DNA of 64,000 nt from the NCBI GenBank assembly GCA_964016885.1, contig OZ024740.1, positions 94,736,001 to 94,800,000 of the forward strand, in the 5' to 3' direction. The notes beneath the pieces are model-generated. The model saw only the letters and a list, made by a program, of their open reading frames with translations. It did not search any database and was not told the origin of the DNA. The position numbers were made by a program, and so were the translations under genes. Positions 1 through 13,989 of the stretch are shown one piece after another (position 1 is the first letter of the stretch; each line of letters opens with the position of its first letter). The DNA is from Eledone cirrhosa (Eukaryota).

Positions 1-48
<48 letters not shown>

Positions 49-132
49 TATTAAAGTGCAAATTTAGACGGGAACAAAACAGAGAGGCAGACGAAGGTTT
101 AATAGGTTCACACTCGAACATATATATCACGC

Positions 133-187
<55 letters not shown>

Positions 188-270
188 GGAGGTGAGTTTT
201 ATTGTAGTACAATAAAGCAATGCAGATATCGGATAAGAAGCACTCTACAGTTTGTAGGACTGGAGTATAC

Positions 271-598
271 ATAATATAAGATCAAAAGATGGTTAAAGGA
301 GTTCCATGTATTTTATTATGCGCATTTCAAAAACAAACATCATCATGCAATAATATTTGTGTTTTCATCAGATCAAACAGGATAACATGATATGAAGGCT
401 AAAAAACACTTGTGGATAGTGCAGTTTTAAATCAACATATGTTGATTTAAAACTGCACTATCCACAAGTGTTTTTTAGCCTTCATATCATGTTCTCCTGT
501 TTGATCTGATGAAAACACAAATATTATTGCATGATGATGTTTGTTTTTGAAATGCGCATAATAAAATACATGGAACTCCTTTAACCATCTTTTGATCT

Positions 599-606
<8 letters not shown>
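271..606. repeat. Near-perfect 336-bp fold-back palindrome next to (TA)n; probable PLE pseudo-LTR derivative
   Basis: Arms are reverse complements about centre 438/439 (atcaacat|atgttgat); the right arm ends in (TA)n; each arm has an HHR motif. Confidence 0.9.
500..566 (+). ncRNA. Minimal type I hammerhead ribozyme motif (mirror copy ~311-377 on - strand)
   Basis: CTGATGA(506)-AAACACAAATAT...ATGTTTGTTTTT-GAAA(549)-TGCGCA-TA; palindromic GCGC loop III; stem I imperfect. Confidence 0.65.
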
Positions 607-673
<67 letters not shown>

Positions 674-679
674 AATCTA

Positions 680-935
680 ACCTTTGTCTTAAACCAGAAG
701 GCACATTTAGACGGTGCATATCGCGATGTCATCGCATGAAGCGACTGAGAGTACAAGACTCACCGCTGAACAGGACGCCAGTCCATCGAAGGATTAAACG
801 TCCAGCTATTGCTGGTACTCGTTTTCAGGTGAATATAAAGGAGCAACGCGAAATGAAATGTTTTGCTCAAGAACACAACACGCAACCAAACAATCGAACC
901 CACGACATTATATTCGTAATTCCAACACTATATAT
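680..935 (-). mobile_element. Decayed tRNA-derived SINE
   Basis: Contains gctggtactcgttt..gaaatgaaatgttttgctcaagaacacaacacgc..aatcgaacccacgac, the reverse complement of a SINE head with B-box-like GTTCGATT; resembles cephalopod SINEs (from memory). Confidence 0.6.
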
Positions 936-976
936 ATAGTACCTTACTTACTGTGGATATCTCTGTTGCACCATTG

Positions 977-1013
<37 letters not shown>

Positions 1014-1173
1014 ACAGGGGCAACCGAGATATCCACAGCGAGTAAGCTCCACAACACATTAGCAGAGAGTATATAACAAATTTAATACTCTATTGGCTTC
1101 AACATATATATGAAGGCCTTTATCTATGGTACTTACCTTCTCTATTTATATCTCCCACCTTCTTCCCCCCTCT

Positions 1174-1276
<103 letters not shown>

Positions 1277-1397
1277 TATAGTAATTATAATAAATTTCAA
1301 GACTAAAATCCAAAGAGGGCTCGACAAGGATAAATATATGCTTAAACTTTAATCTGTTATTTTAATAAATATATCTATATATCTATATACATATATA

Positions 1398-1484
<87 letters not shown>

Positions 1485-3904
1485 ATGTACAAATGTAAGT
1501 CTCTTTCTTGCTGTCTGTATGTATTCCTTTCAAGCAAGAGGTGTACCAATTGATGACAAGTTTGGCACGCTCCTGGTTGGTGTTTACTAAACATCTTCCA
1601 GATTTGTGTAAGGTAAGATTTCAATTCTAAGATTTTTAAGTATAATTTAAAAGGTGTATGAAGGCTGTGCGTACCCAATTGTGATGTTTGCTCCGAACAG
1701 CAGGCACTTAAGAATTCTTCTTACATACACATATGTGTCCTATTGTGATTTAAAACAGAATGATTGTGATGTAAATAGATTTGTGCATTTATGTGTCACT
1801 ATCGGCAGGACCACTTGATCGATAGTGCCGATATTTTGCAATTAAACTAGGTATTGCTGTTTAAGTCACTTTGAATAATCTTTGGCGGTATACTCCTGTT
1901 AATGTATTACAAAATGTTTTCTCACCAATTATTAATTATCTTATCAGGTTAATATTTAATGGAGGAAGATAATAGACTGTTAACTTATAATATAAACAAT
2001 TTATTTTAACGAATGTGTTTATACGTCTTTTCCTTTTGTTGTAGAAGTATTAGCACGAAAATGTACGATTTATGAAAGTTTTGGCCCCTCATTATTGTTG
2101 TAGCGAATATCTAAGCAATGTAAACGAAAAGTTGTTAGACACAGTTTCTCTAGCTAGTGATTTATAACATTGAGATGTTAATTAACTCTTGATTTTGTAT
2201 TTCTTTAATTTTTGCATTTAGTTTATCAGTCGATAATGACTGGCTGAATTCATAGTTTATTTGTATATGAATAATTAGGAAATGGTTTAAGTTTGGTGAC
2301 AGGAAATGTAAGGTATGCGTGTCTAGTGATATGTATTTCATGGCAGACGATATATTTTTCCAGTGTGGATTCACATGGCAATTTGCTGATAGAAGGATAG
2401 CTGGGAAACGGGCGCGTGGCTTGCATTGGCAGAGTCTAATATTGTTAGTAGGAAAGACTTCCACGTTGTATTCTATATGTCCTTCTACACACCCTTCATT
2501 AATCAGTGCTCGATTTTCCCTAAAGCGGTTCCTGTAGAGGGATATTTCTTTACATATTATGTCTATTCATGGGTTAGGTACTACGCGGAATAAATAGGCC
2601 TTACTACTGCGTGTTCATTCTTTTCAATTTATTTTATTTTTCCAACTTTGTTTTGTGTCTAAGTGTTATGATCCATGCACGCCAATGTGAGTGTGTGAGT
2701 GTGTGTGTGTGTGTGTGTATGTTTGTGTATATGTATATGTATATCTCTATATCTGTATTTGATTGTGCATGTTTGTTTGTTTTTCTTGAGGGAGTGTTCT
2801 CTGAAGAACAGCTGAGTTAATAATTTTCAGGTCTTAAAATTATGTTATACAGCCATAATATACATGGAATAATTGAGAATAATATAATTAACTGTAGATC
2901 ATTGCTACATATTTGATAATCTCTCAATGTTGATGTATAATTAAAAAAAGCTGTATTTGAACACATACAAATATTGTTATTTCTCAATCGAAAGTTTAGA
3001 ACGTAAGATTCTCTGAATAAATTATTACAGAGGATAACAGAAATAATAGACGCCAAGACAAAATATACTACAACCTAGTCAGTATGATTGTGTGCTTTAA
3101 GAAACAGAAGATATGAATGAATGCATCATCTAATTTAATTACATTAGAATATATGTGACTGAGAAGCTAAAAGAGGATGTTTCCATATACTATCTTCACA
3201 GGAGGGGATTACCTCATCCAAGTAAACAAAAACAATAATGGCTGATCTTACCTTATCCAAAACATTCAATAACTATTTTTAATCGATAACTGCAATAAAT
3301 GATAATTACCATTTTTTAAATAAACGATATTAATATATTTCAACGATTTTTAATTTATTTAAGTATACCATAATATTAAATGACCCAGACATTCCAGAAA
3401 GAGGGGATCTATGTCGAACATTCCTAAAATATTACGTACTTCTATTCGTTCAATAAATAGGTCATATTTCCCAATGCCAATTGATTTAACAGCTAAACTA
3501 CCACCGATATCTCATATAAAGAATAGCATCAACCGATATCAACAAATAATATCTTATAGTTTTAAGACAAACAAAACCCACTGAAGTGTGCATACAGAGC
3601 GTCTAGCCAAAGTAATTCATTCATTATGAAAAAGAAACTTTTAAGAATAACAAATAAAAACATCAAATAAAATCAAATATATATGATATCACGAGAAAAC
3701 GAAACAGATATGACGTTCCAGAAATACAAAAAATACTTTGTTTACTTATAAACATGGTTTGAAGATCAGAGATATTTCATGGTAAAGTACATTGTTTATT
3801 TAGTTCAGGCTGTTATCTTGCTATCATTAATTTTGGAGTAATGACGGATACGTGGAATTATCAATACAGTAAGAAAGATGTAAAGCGCAGACTGATAAAG
3901 CAAG

Positions 3905-3905
<1 letters not shown>

Positions 3906-3983
<78 letters not shown>

Positions 3984-3985
3984 AA
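3906..3985 (+). repeat. (AAAG)n microsatellite
   Basis: Direct reading of the sequence. Confidence 0.95.
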
Positions 3986-4570
3986 TAGTGAGAGAGAAGA
4001 GAGAGGGAGAGAGAGAGAATGAGAGAGAGAGAGTGAGGAAGAAAGAGAAGTCGCATATTGGAAACAAATTACAGAAAGATAGAACAATAAATGACAGAAT
4101 ATGAGCGAGCAATGTCGGACACTTAGGTTGACATACATATTGAAACATATGGATGAAAGTGATTATTTAAAAGTGTATGAGACACAATAACATGCAAACA
4201 CACAAAGGATATAAAAGACAGCAGCTGCATTTTTAGTTTGAAAAGTTCCAATATATTCAGTTTATGGTATTTTCATGCTTATTTTTTTGTATCAAGACAA
4301 TGTTTGGTTGAGGCAGATGTTTGTTTTTTCTCACTTCCAGCAATTTTATGGTCTGCTAGAAAAGAATCAGAAAATCACTCTACTATTACAAGAAAAGAAG
4401 CAGAATTGATTTGAAACTATCTCGAATAAGTTGGCTGATATTGCTATAATAGTGACAACGTTGCACGCATACGCCTAACAAAATGGACATTGATGTTTAT
4501 GCACCGGTATAGGCATTTGTAAAAATATGAATATATAATATATGTATAAATATATGTATGCATGTATATA

Positions 4571-4940
<370 letters not shown>

Positions 4941-5036
4941 TATATATATATATATATAAATAAAGTATTTCCGTCGCAAAGGTACAGTAAAAGGAGTGCT
5001 CTGTGTAGGCACCATAGATAATTAGTTATTTAGTTA

Positions 5037-5095
<59 letters not shown>

Positions 5096-5177
5096 CGAGG
5101 GAGTTGTGGTTAGGAACCAGATGGACCATAACACACCAAAGTACTCAATAATTATGGTAGTAGAGTGGGTAATAGGA

Positions 5178-5296
5178 AAATGTATGACCTAGACAGAAGA
5201 GCTCAAGCCGTTTCGACGGCTATTTGTGGACTGACGCACAATCAATCCAGAAATAGCCGTCGAAACGGCTTGAGCTATGCCGTCGGTGTCATATAT

Positions 5297-5300
<4 letters not shown>
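5178..5300. repeat. Short hairpin/inverted repeat between (TA)n tracts
   Basis: agctcaagccgtttcgacggctattt pairs with aaatagccgtcgaaacggcttgagct. Confidence 0.8.
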
Positions 5301-5355
<55 letters not shown>

Positions 5356-5357
5356 TA

Positions 5358-5416
<59 letters not shown>

Positions 5417-5489
5417 TTATATATATACGTGAGTATTGAAGTATGCTTGAAGCATTGTGGCATAATACAATGTTTTATTCGTTCTGGAA

Positions 5490-5957
5490 GCCTCAACAAT
5501 GTGGATGGGTAAATCTCCAGGTAACAGAATCCGCTGGTGAAGAGAGAGATGTAAGGGAATGTAGAATGAGATGTATAGTGTGTAGAGGAACGTAGGAAAG
5601 AGCGTAAACAATAAAAATAACAACACGTGAGAGAGTTGCCTTGGGAGAGATTTAATTGACCCTATATTTCGGAGTTACACACAAACAGCGGACAACAGAG
5701 GCCACGTACCGTTTCACTCCGACAGATAAATCGCCCCCCTCCCCGGAAACCCCCTCCCAGTTGATGGATGCTAATCCGAAATATAGGAACAATTACACCT
5801 CTCCCAATGTAACTCTATCTCGTGTTGTTATTTTGATTGTTTACGCTCTTTCCTACGTTCCTCTACATCCTAAACATCTCATTCTACAGTCCCTTACATA
5901 TCTCTCTTTAACACCGGAGTCCGTTACTCGGAGATATACCCATTTGCATTGTTGAGG
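5490..5957. repeat. Inverted repeat (~190-bp arms) with a degenerate HHR; PLE pLTR-like
   Basis: 5490-5677 is the reverse complement of 5770-5957; ttgatg-GAT-gcta-ATCC-GAAA-tatagg near 5760-5790; the left-arm copy ends in GTC. Confidence 0.75.
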
Positions 5958-5979
5958 CTGCCACAACGAACAACAAATA

Positions 5980-6019
<40 letters not shown>

Positions 6020-6023
<4 letters not shown>

Positions 6024-7240
6024 AATATAGATTCAGCGAGAATCGCATTTTGGCTGGTAGAAAAGGCGAAACGAAACGCAAAAGTCAGATATGATACTGG
6101 CAAGCGCTCGATAGTTAAAAAAACAGAGCCTAACCATATGTTAAGAGGCCATACAAAACGGAAATAGCGGTTAAGAAGGCGTCAACCACCTAAGCCAAAA
6201 TGCAAATCAAGCTAAAGCGAGTCAAAACAAAATAAAATAAATGATAACAAAAATACAGACCTCTTGGAATTGATGTTAAAATCCAAATGCAGGGTTTCTA
6301 TGGCACCTAAATCAAAATAATGTCTGATTATAAATATAAGCTTTAGGTATAATGGTCGAACAAGGAATATCACGTTATCAACAGGTATTTCGCTTTGTAC
6401 CAAATTTGTGAGTGTCACAGATGCGTGTAAAAGCCCGTGTGGAATTCACACGGGGAAAGAAACCCATATTTTGGCAAATGAATTCAGTATGTGTGTACCA
6501 TGCAAAAATTGCTTAAATAGCACAAATCGAATAAGCTCTCAACTGAGTGGATTTTAAAATAAACTTATACAATTAACCTGTCAAAAAAAATTATTAACAA
6601 ATTAATTGTAAGACACGGGAGATTAATACAAATATAGATTTAGCGAAAATCGCATTTCGGCGGGTAGTAAGGGTGACACGAAACGCCAGTGTCAGATATT
6701 ATACTGGCAAACGCTTGATAGTTAAAAAACAGAGCTAAACAATAAGTTAAGACGCCATACAAAACTGAAATAGTGGTCAGGAAAGCGTCAACCACCTAAG
6801 CCAAAAACCAAATCAAGCTACAGCAGGTCAAAACAAAATAAAATAAATGATAAAGAAAACACAGACCTGGACCCCTTGGAATTGAGGTAAAAATCCGAAT
6901 GCAGGGTTTCTATGACACCTAAATAAAATAGTGTCTGCTTAAAAATATAAGCTTTAGGTATAATGGTCGACAAGGAATATCACGTTATCAACAGTAATGT
7001 TGCTCTGTACAAAATTTGTGAGTGACACAGAGGCGCGTAAAACCCCGTGTGGAATTCACAAGGGGAAAGAACCCCAGATTTTGGCAAATGAATTCAGTAT
7101 GTGTATACCATGCACACATTTGCATAAATAGCACAAATCGAATAAACTCTCAACCGGGTGGTTTTTAAAATAAACTTATACAATTAACCTGTCAATAAAA
7201 CTTGTAAGACACGAGAGATTGATACTAATATAAATCCAGC
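6020..7240. repeat. Tandem duplication of a ~605-bp non-coding unit, with the start of a third copy
   Basis: acaaatatagatt(c/t)agcga at ~6021 and ~6628, similar at ~7227; the units are colinear. Confidence 0.85.
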
Positions 7241-7355
7241 GAGACTATCGTGAAGCTCATATTTGCCAGCGAATTGAATGTTTGATTCGCCGGAAAATGT
7301 AGGTCTTTACACACATCTCTCTCTATCTCTCAATCTCTCTCTCTATATATAAATA

Positions 7356-7555
7356 TTGCACTCAGTGCTCCTTTGGGAGCCCCTACATGGACACACTGGA
7401 AGAGGAAGACCAAGGTTAACATATGTTGATGCCCTAAGGACAGACACTGGTCTGTTGGAGACGCAGGACATGGCAGCGATAATGAGGGACAGAGACCGCT
7501 GGAGAGAACTCGTCCATGGATCTCGGGAATTTTACCCGCCTTAGATAGATAGATA
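7356..7555 (+). mobile_element. 3' terminal fragment of an RTE-type LINE with (TAGA)n tail
   Basis: ORF VLLWEPLHGHTGRGRPRLTYVDALRTDTG...MRDRDRWR is a typical RTE C-terminus; followed by tagatagatagat. Confidence 0.8.
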
Positions 7556-7569
7556 TATATATATATATA

Positions 7570-9799
7570 TATTGGTAAATGGGAAATAAAATGGTGACAA
7601 ATTGTTCCCAGTGGAAATTAGTTTAATTAGGAATAAGTAAAAAATAGTTATAGTATTGGATAGTATTCAGTTTTTGTTTTAAGTTTCACCGGTTGCGCAT
7701 TTCTAATGCTTTTCAAAAATAATTTTGAGATAGAGCGCCCGTTATGTTTGCTCTAATCTGATTAGTTTTGGAAATTATATCTGTTTTATGTGAAAAAAGT
7801 GGCTCCAGATGTATTAAAATAAGTTTCGCGCCAATTCGGGTTGCAAAAATGATTGTGGTCAAAACAATTTTGATTGGTCGGTAGAGGTCATGTGAATGTT
7901 AAAAATTGATTTTGCGCCAAATGTAGGGTTGTGTTGGCTGATTGAGAAGTCACTGAAAAATAAGTATTTCAAAACAAATATGTGTGTGTGTGTGTGTGTG
8001 TGTGTTGTAGTAGTAAAGAGGTTCGTTGTTGTGATAATGATCAGCAGTGATGTGTGTGCGAACCGCAGCCTGTTGACAGTTCAGATGCCTATTAAGACAA
8101 GTGTGTATGTGTGTCTGTGTGTCTGTGTGTGTGTGTGTGTGTAGCAGAGTAATTCGTGGTAGAGGGATGGTCAGTAGGAACGTGTCTGTACGTGCGTGGA
8201 GGATATTTTAACATGTTAAAAGATATTTTTCAGCTCTGGTCTTATACAGAGAAGTGTGTGTGTGTGTGTATGTATATGTCTCTTTGTATGTTAATGTACA
8301 TGTGTGTATGTTCGTGTGTATATATATGTGTGTGTGTATATATATGTGTGTGTGTCTATATATGTGTGTGATATTGTGAGTGTATGTGTGTGGTTGGACC
8401 AGTATTTTTGTGATACTGGTAAAAATGGTGTACACTATTTGATATTTTCAGTAAAAACTATTCTCTCAATAGAACACCAAAAACCTTAATAATAAAAGGT
8501 GTGAAAAGAAATATATTATTGGAATAATACCAAGGTGTGTGTGAGTGTTCAGATTGTACGTACTGCAAGGGGAATCCATTAGGCCTTGCCGTATTGGAAT
8601 ACTTGTGTACAAATATGTATGTGCCCATCAGTGTGCAATGCATGTGTGCGTTTATGTATGTGTCTGTGTCGGCACGTTTATATATATAGACATCAAAAGG
8701 TATGCAAATGTGTATATTTGTGTTGCATCATAGAACATATGTGTTTACGTATCTCATTGTGTTTATATGTGGATAGAGATGTATGCTGATGTAGGTATGT
8801 ATGTTGACGTGTGTATGTTGTGGGTTCGTCTTAGGGAGAAGTGTTTAGACGGGGTCCGTATTTGTGGCATATGCATCAACCTAATAGAGGGTTCGGTATT
8901 CTATTTCAAAGAAGGACAACGTTTTATAGCAAAACACAATTTCACATGCGCATCAGAAAATCTAATATATGTATTACCTTGCACAGGTTGTCGAGAACAA
9001 TACATAGGTCAGACCAAAAACAGCTTCAGCCAACGCATGACTGTCCATAGATCCAAATTAAAATACGGGAATACAGGAAATTACCACTGAGTGAATACAT
9101 CGATACATGTGCCGCCCAAAATCAACCCAACTTCAGAATCTTTCCCCTCTACAAATGTAAAGATAATGCCACCCTCACCCAGCGCATCAGCAAGGAATCT
9201 CACTTTACTAACAAATACGGACCCCGTCTAAACACTTCTGCCTAAGACGAACCCACAACATACACACGTCAACATACATACCTACATCAGCATACATCCT
9301 ACATACATTATCCACATATAAACACAATGGCATACGTAAACACACATGTTCTATGATGCAACACAAATATACACTAATTTGCATACCTTTTGATGTCTAT
9401 AGATATAAACGTGCCGACACACACACATACATAAACGCACACATGCATTGCACACTGATGGGGACATACATATTTGTACACAAGTATTCCAATACGGCAA
9501 AACCTAATGGATTCCCCTTGCAGTACGTACAATCTGGACACTCACGCACACCTTGGTATTATGCCAATACTATATTTCATTTCACACCTTTTATTATTAA
9601 GGTTTTGAGAGATTCGTTTTTACTGAACATATCGAATAATGTACACCATTTTTATCATTATCACAAAAATACTGGTCCGCCCACACACACACACACACAC
9701 ATTCTAACAGACACACACATATATACACACACACACCTATATATACACACACACATCCACACGCGTACATTAACATACAAAGAGACATATACACACACG

Positions 9800-9831
<32 letters not shown>

Positions 9832-10503
9832 CACACACTTCTCCGTACAATACAAGAGCTGAAAAATATCTTTTAACATGTTAAAATATCCTCCACACAC
9901 GTATAGACACATTACTACTGACTATCCCTCTACCACCAATCACTCTGCTACACACACACACACACACACACACTTGTCTTAATATACATTTGAACTGTCA
10001 ACAGGCTGCGGTTGGCACACACATCCCTGCTGATCATTATCACAACAACGAACCTCTTTACTACTACTACACACACACACACATAATTGTTTTGAAAGAC
10101 TTATTTTTCAGTGACCTTATTTTGGCGCAAAATGAATTTTTCAAATGCACATGACCTCTACCGACCAATTAAAATTGTTTTGATCACAAGCATTTTTGCA
10201 ACACGAATTGGCGCGAAACTTATTTTAATAAATCTCGAGCCACTTTTTAACATAAAACAGGTAGAATGTCCAAAACTAATCAGATTAGAGCAAACATCAC
10301 GGGCGCTCTATCTCAAAATTATTTTTGAAAAGCATTAGAAATGCGCAACCGGTAACACTTTAAACCAAAACTGAATACTAATCAATACTATAACTAATTT
10401 TTACTTATTCTAATTAAACTATTTTTCACTGGGAACAATTTGTCACCATTTTCTTTTCCGTTTACTAATATATCATAACTCGTGTGTTACACCTCTATTC
10501 TTT

Positions 10504-10505
<2 letters not shown>
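7570..10505 (+). mobile_element. 5'-truncated Penelope-like element (Neptune-type) with inverted 5' pLTR
   Basis: 7570-8865 is an inverted copy of ~9211-10470; the spacer encodes a GIY-YIG fragment; flanked by (TA)n. Confidence 0.85.
8860..9245 (+). pseudogene. GIY-YIG endonuclease fragment (PLE), frameshifted
   Basis: CGICINL..FTCASENLIYVLPCTGCREQYIGQTKNSFSQRMTVHR (LIY..CxxC..YIG..H), continuing in another frame to ..KYGPRLN. Confidence 0.85.
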
Positions 10506-10555
<50 letters not shown>

Positions 10556-11020
10556 AAGACATCCATTTTCCGGCGAATCATACATTCAATTCGCTGGCAA
10601 ATATAAGCTCCACGATAGTCAACACGATTCCTTATTTTCAGTTTGTTTAATCGGATCTTAAATTCATTTCAATTGCTCTGTGTATTACAATAACTATAAT
10701 TATATAGTTCACCGATTTATTATTTATGTGTTTATGTTTTTACATGGTAACAGCATTGTGTATTTTTTATGAATTTATTATCTGCTATATGTATATCTGT
10801 ATACGTTCCCATGAACGTGCTCTGCTTAATCATTGACATAGCACATGTTGATAAACGATGCTACGTAACAGAAATGCTTTTACAAGCCCATTGTATTGTA
10901 TGGTTTCATAATTGCCGTCGATTATCTTCAAACAATGCATTTATCACTGCTTTGGTTCACTAGTTTTTGTATACTTCCATTATGTAGCATTATACAAGCA
11001 ATCGGAAATGCACACAGAGT

Positions 11021-11110
<90 letters not shown>

Positions 11111-11433
11111 ATTTGTGTGAGAGAGAGTGTGTGCGTGTGTGTGTTGTATGTCTTTGAATATGTGTGTGTATATCTCTATGTGTGCGTAACCAGTGTTATA
11201 TTGCATATGTGTGTGCGTTTGTGCATGTACCCCTCTAAACTTGAACGATTATATAACCCGAATTATACCACGTGCGTACCTAATTGCGACGCAAATCCCT
11301 GTAAATCAACGATATATCCAACCACATAACTAATTGTTGATGTCGGTTTCCATCACACTGAAGACGTCGATTTACGTAATTTCTAAGTAATTATAATCTG
11401 CAGTGACAAGAAGCCTGTTAATTATACATATAC

Positions 11434-11538
<105 letters not shown>

Positions 11539-12526
11539 AATAATGGAGCTGCGCGTTGCAAATGGGATACATATGAAAAAGTAAGTCCTTCATCAGTGAC
11601 CCTCCAACCGTCCCAGGCATTTCATCGCTTTAAGGGCCATATACCTCAGGTTGGTGCGAACAACGGCTAAAAAAAGGGGACGTTAGGGTCAACAAACAAA
11701 ATGGTTTAAGCAACGGTAAGTGAGAAGAAAGAGACAAGTCCCAGATTTCTATGAATATAAACTCGGTGAAATCGTGAACAAGAGACAAAAGACCATCAAA
11801 CCTGGTTGAAATGTGAGCAAGGAAGGAATTTCGCACAGGTCTAACGGGGGGAAGAAGAAGGGGTCTGGTCTGCGAATTCGGTAAACATAAGTTCTGTGAA
11901 GTCGCAGACGAGAGAGAGAGAGAGAAAAAAAATTCATACCGGCTTGACCAGGAACGCGCGAGAAAAGAAATCGGAAAGGTCAAGCGGGAAGAAAGAGGAG
12001 GAAAGAGGAGGAGGAGGAGAGGTAGTGACAGAGAATGAGTGAGTGAAATATATATATATATATATAAAGTATCTCCATAGAATCATTTTATAATATATAT
12101 ATACACAATTTCCTCTCCCAATTAGCATAATCAACCACACAAAAAATCAATTAAACCATGCTATGAGATTAAAAGGCACCTATGAAGAAATAGTAGATAA
12201 ATAAAAGACATCAATTTTTGCGCGATCAACCGCTATAGAATATTTACCCAACATTTCAATAGCAGGTGGAAATCGATTAAATATACCGTCAAACATACAC
12301 AATTAGATATAAAAGTTAAAAAAACAAATGCATATACACATATTATCAAATGATTCTATGGACATAGTTTATAATATATTGCTTTGATTATTTAATGTAT
12401 TAATTCCTCATTGAGCCACATTGTGAATGGTTGCCAAAACATATATATCTGTATATCTGTGACTTTGTCTAGTTTGTGTATATGCAAATCTTTATATATA
12501 TATATATATATATATATACATTATCC

Positions 12527-12595
<69 letters not shown>

Positions 12596-12600
<5 letters not shown>

Positions 12601-13044
12601 TCACGTGGTTAGTCGGTATGGTCCTTACTTAAAAGGACTGTTATCACACGCAGTCTGATCAGATTTCAGGTTAGCCCTTAAAAGGACTGATGTTACATAC
12701 GGTAGGGATGAACGGACGAAGGAAGACGTTGAAAGGACGAGCAGGGCGAGAGATGTAGTTTCAGTCAGCTATTTATTTTCATACATGAAGCGACGATAGA
12801 GATGTATAAGGCGTGTGTGAGTGACAAGTGTGACAGAGGGGAGGAACAACGATACGCGAGCTGACTCTGCCAAAGGTCTACTGGCGAAATTGTTTGGAAC
12901 CACTCTATTTATACAAACTTAATCGTTTGATGTTTAGCCGCTGCGTAGGCGTTTTATTCTGCTGGCTTAAGGGTTGTTTGTTTTACGGTGAGGTAGCTAG
13001 CTAAGGAGATATATTTCACAGATGTTATTTCCGGTGGCTGTACA
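12596..13044 (-). repeat. 3' LTR of the Gypsy element
   Basis: tgtag...ggctgtaca; direct repeat of 17317-17779. Confidence 0.88.
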
Positions 13045-13989
13045 TTAGTCGCCTGCCAGATCTTTTGTACAGCAAAAGAGCCAGATAGTGTATAGTGAAG
13101 AGCCACTGGTGCATGTGTCATGACAATAGCCCACGGAGTGTCCAGCACGTTCTGAAATTTGGTGATCATTGATATAGGACAGATCGATGTAGAGATGATA
13201 TGGCAATATGTGTGTGTTAGGAAGGAAAAAAAAAACTATAAAATGACTTTGACCAGATTTATGCAGACGTGATGAATGAGCCTGTTGTATGTGGGTTGAG
13301 CTGCCTGTGAATTGCGTGACACAAAGTCTAACAAGGCAGTGAAAATAACTGTAATGTGTGACATGACTGGCCGTAACCATGTTGCTTAAAAGTAACAATT
13401 TGCCCTAAAGCATATGACTTGAGCGAATGCATGTGGTAAATAATAGCGAGGCATTCTCTAGCTATTGAGTGTATGTGTACGTAAACAAAAGCCAGTGTTT
13501 TGAGGATGCAATCTGTGAAATGTGTGATCAAAGGGAAAACATTTTGTAGTGTAAGAGTAAGCGAGACAAAATATCTATTTCTCAGTGTATGAACGAAAGG
13601 TGAAACAAATGTGGTTGTGTAGTGTGCAGGAAAAATAGAATATGTACACGCCGTGTATGTATATAAAAAATTATGGCAATTACACAATGAATATTGCAGA
13701 ACATGGAAAATAAAAAAAAATTGTGCAAAACAAGAGAGAGAAGAAAAAAAAAATGCTATACTCATTGCTATACACAATGTTTGTTCTTAAATAGTGTTGG
13801 TAATAGATAACCTTCATAATAAATAATGTTTTTCGAGACATGAGCACATGGTCACTAAAAATTGCAATTATTCAAGCTGAAAGTTCATCGTATTTGAAAC
13901 TGGAAATAGTAAACGCAAGGAAAATGTAAATGTTTTGCAAGCAACTCATTTAAGGGTAACGGTAATTCACATATTGTGCCAACTTGGCG

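Noticed and set aside
2162-2537. Moderately GC-rich ORFs as host exons
   Set aside because: No recognisable domain and no convincing splice context
11545-11600. HHR on the - strand (CTGATGA-AGGA...)
   Set aside because: No intact GAAA or stem III (gcaacgcg); too degenerate to call
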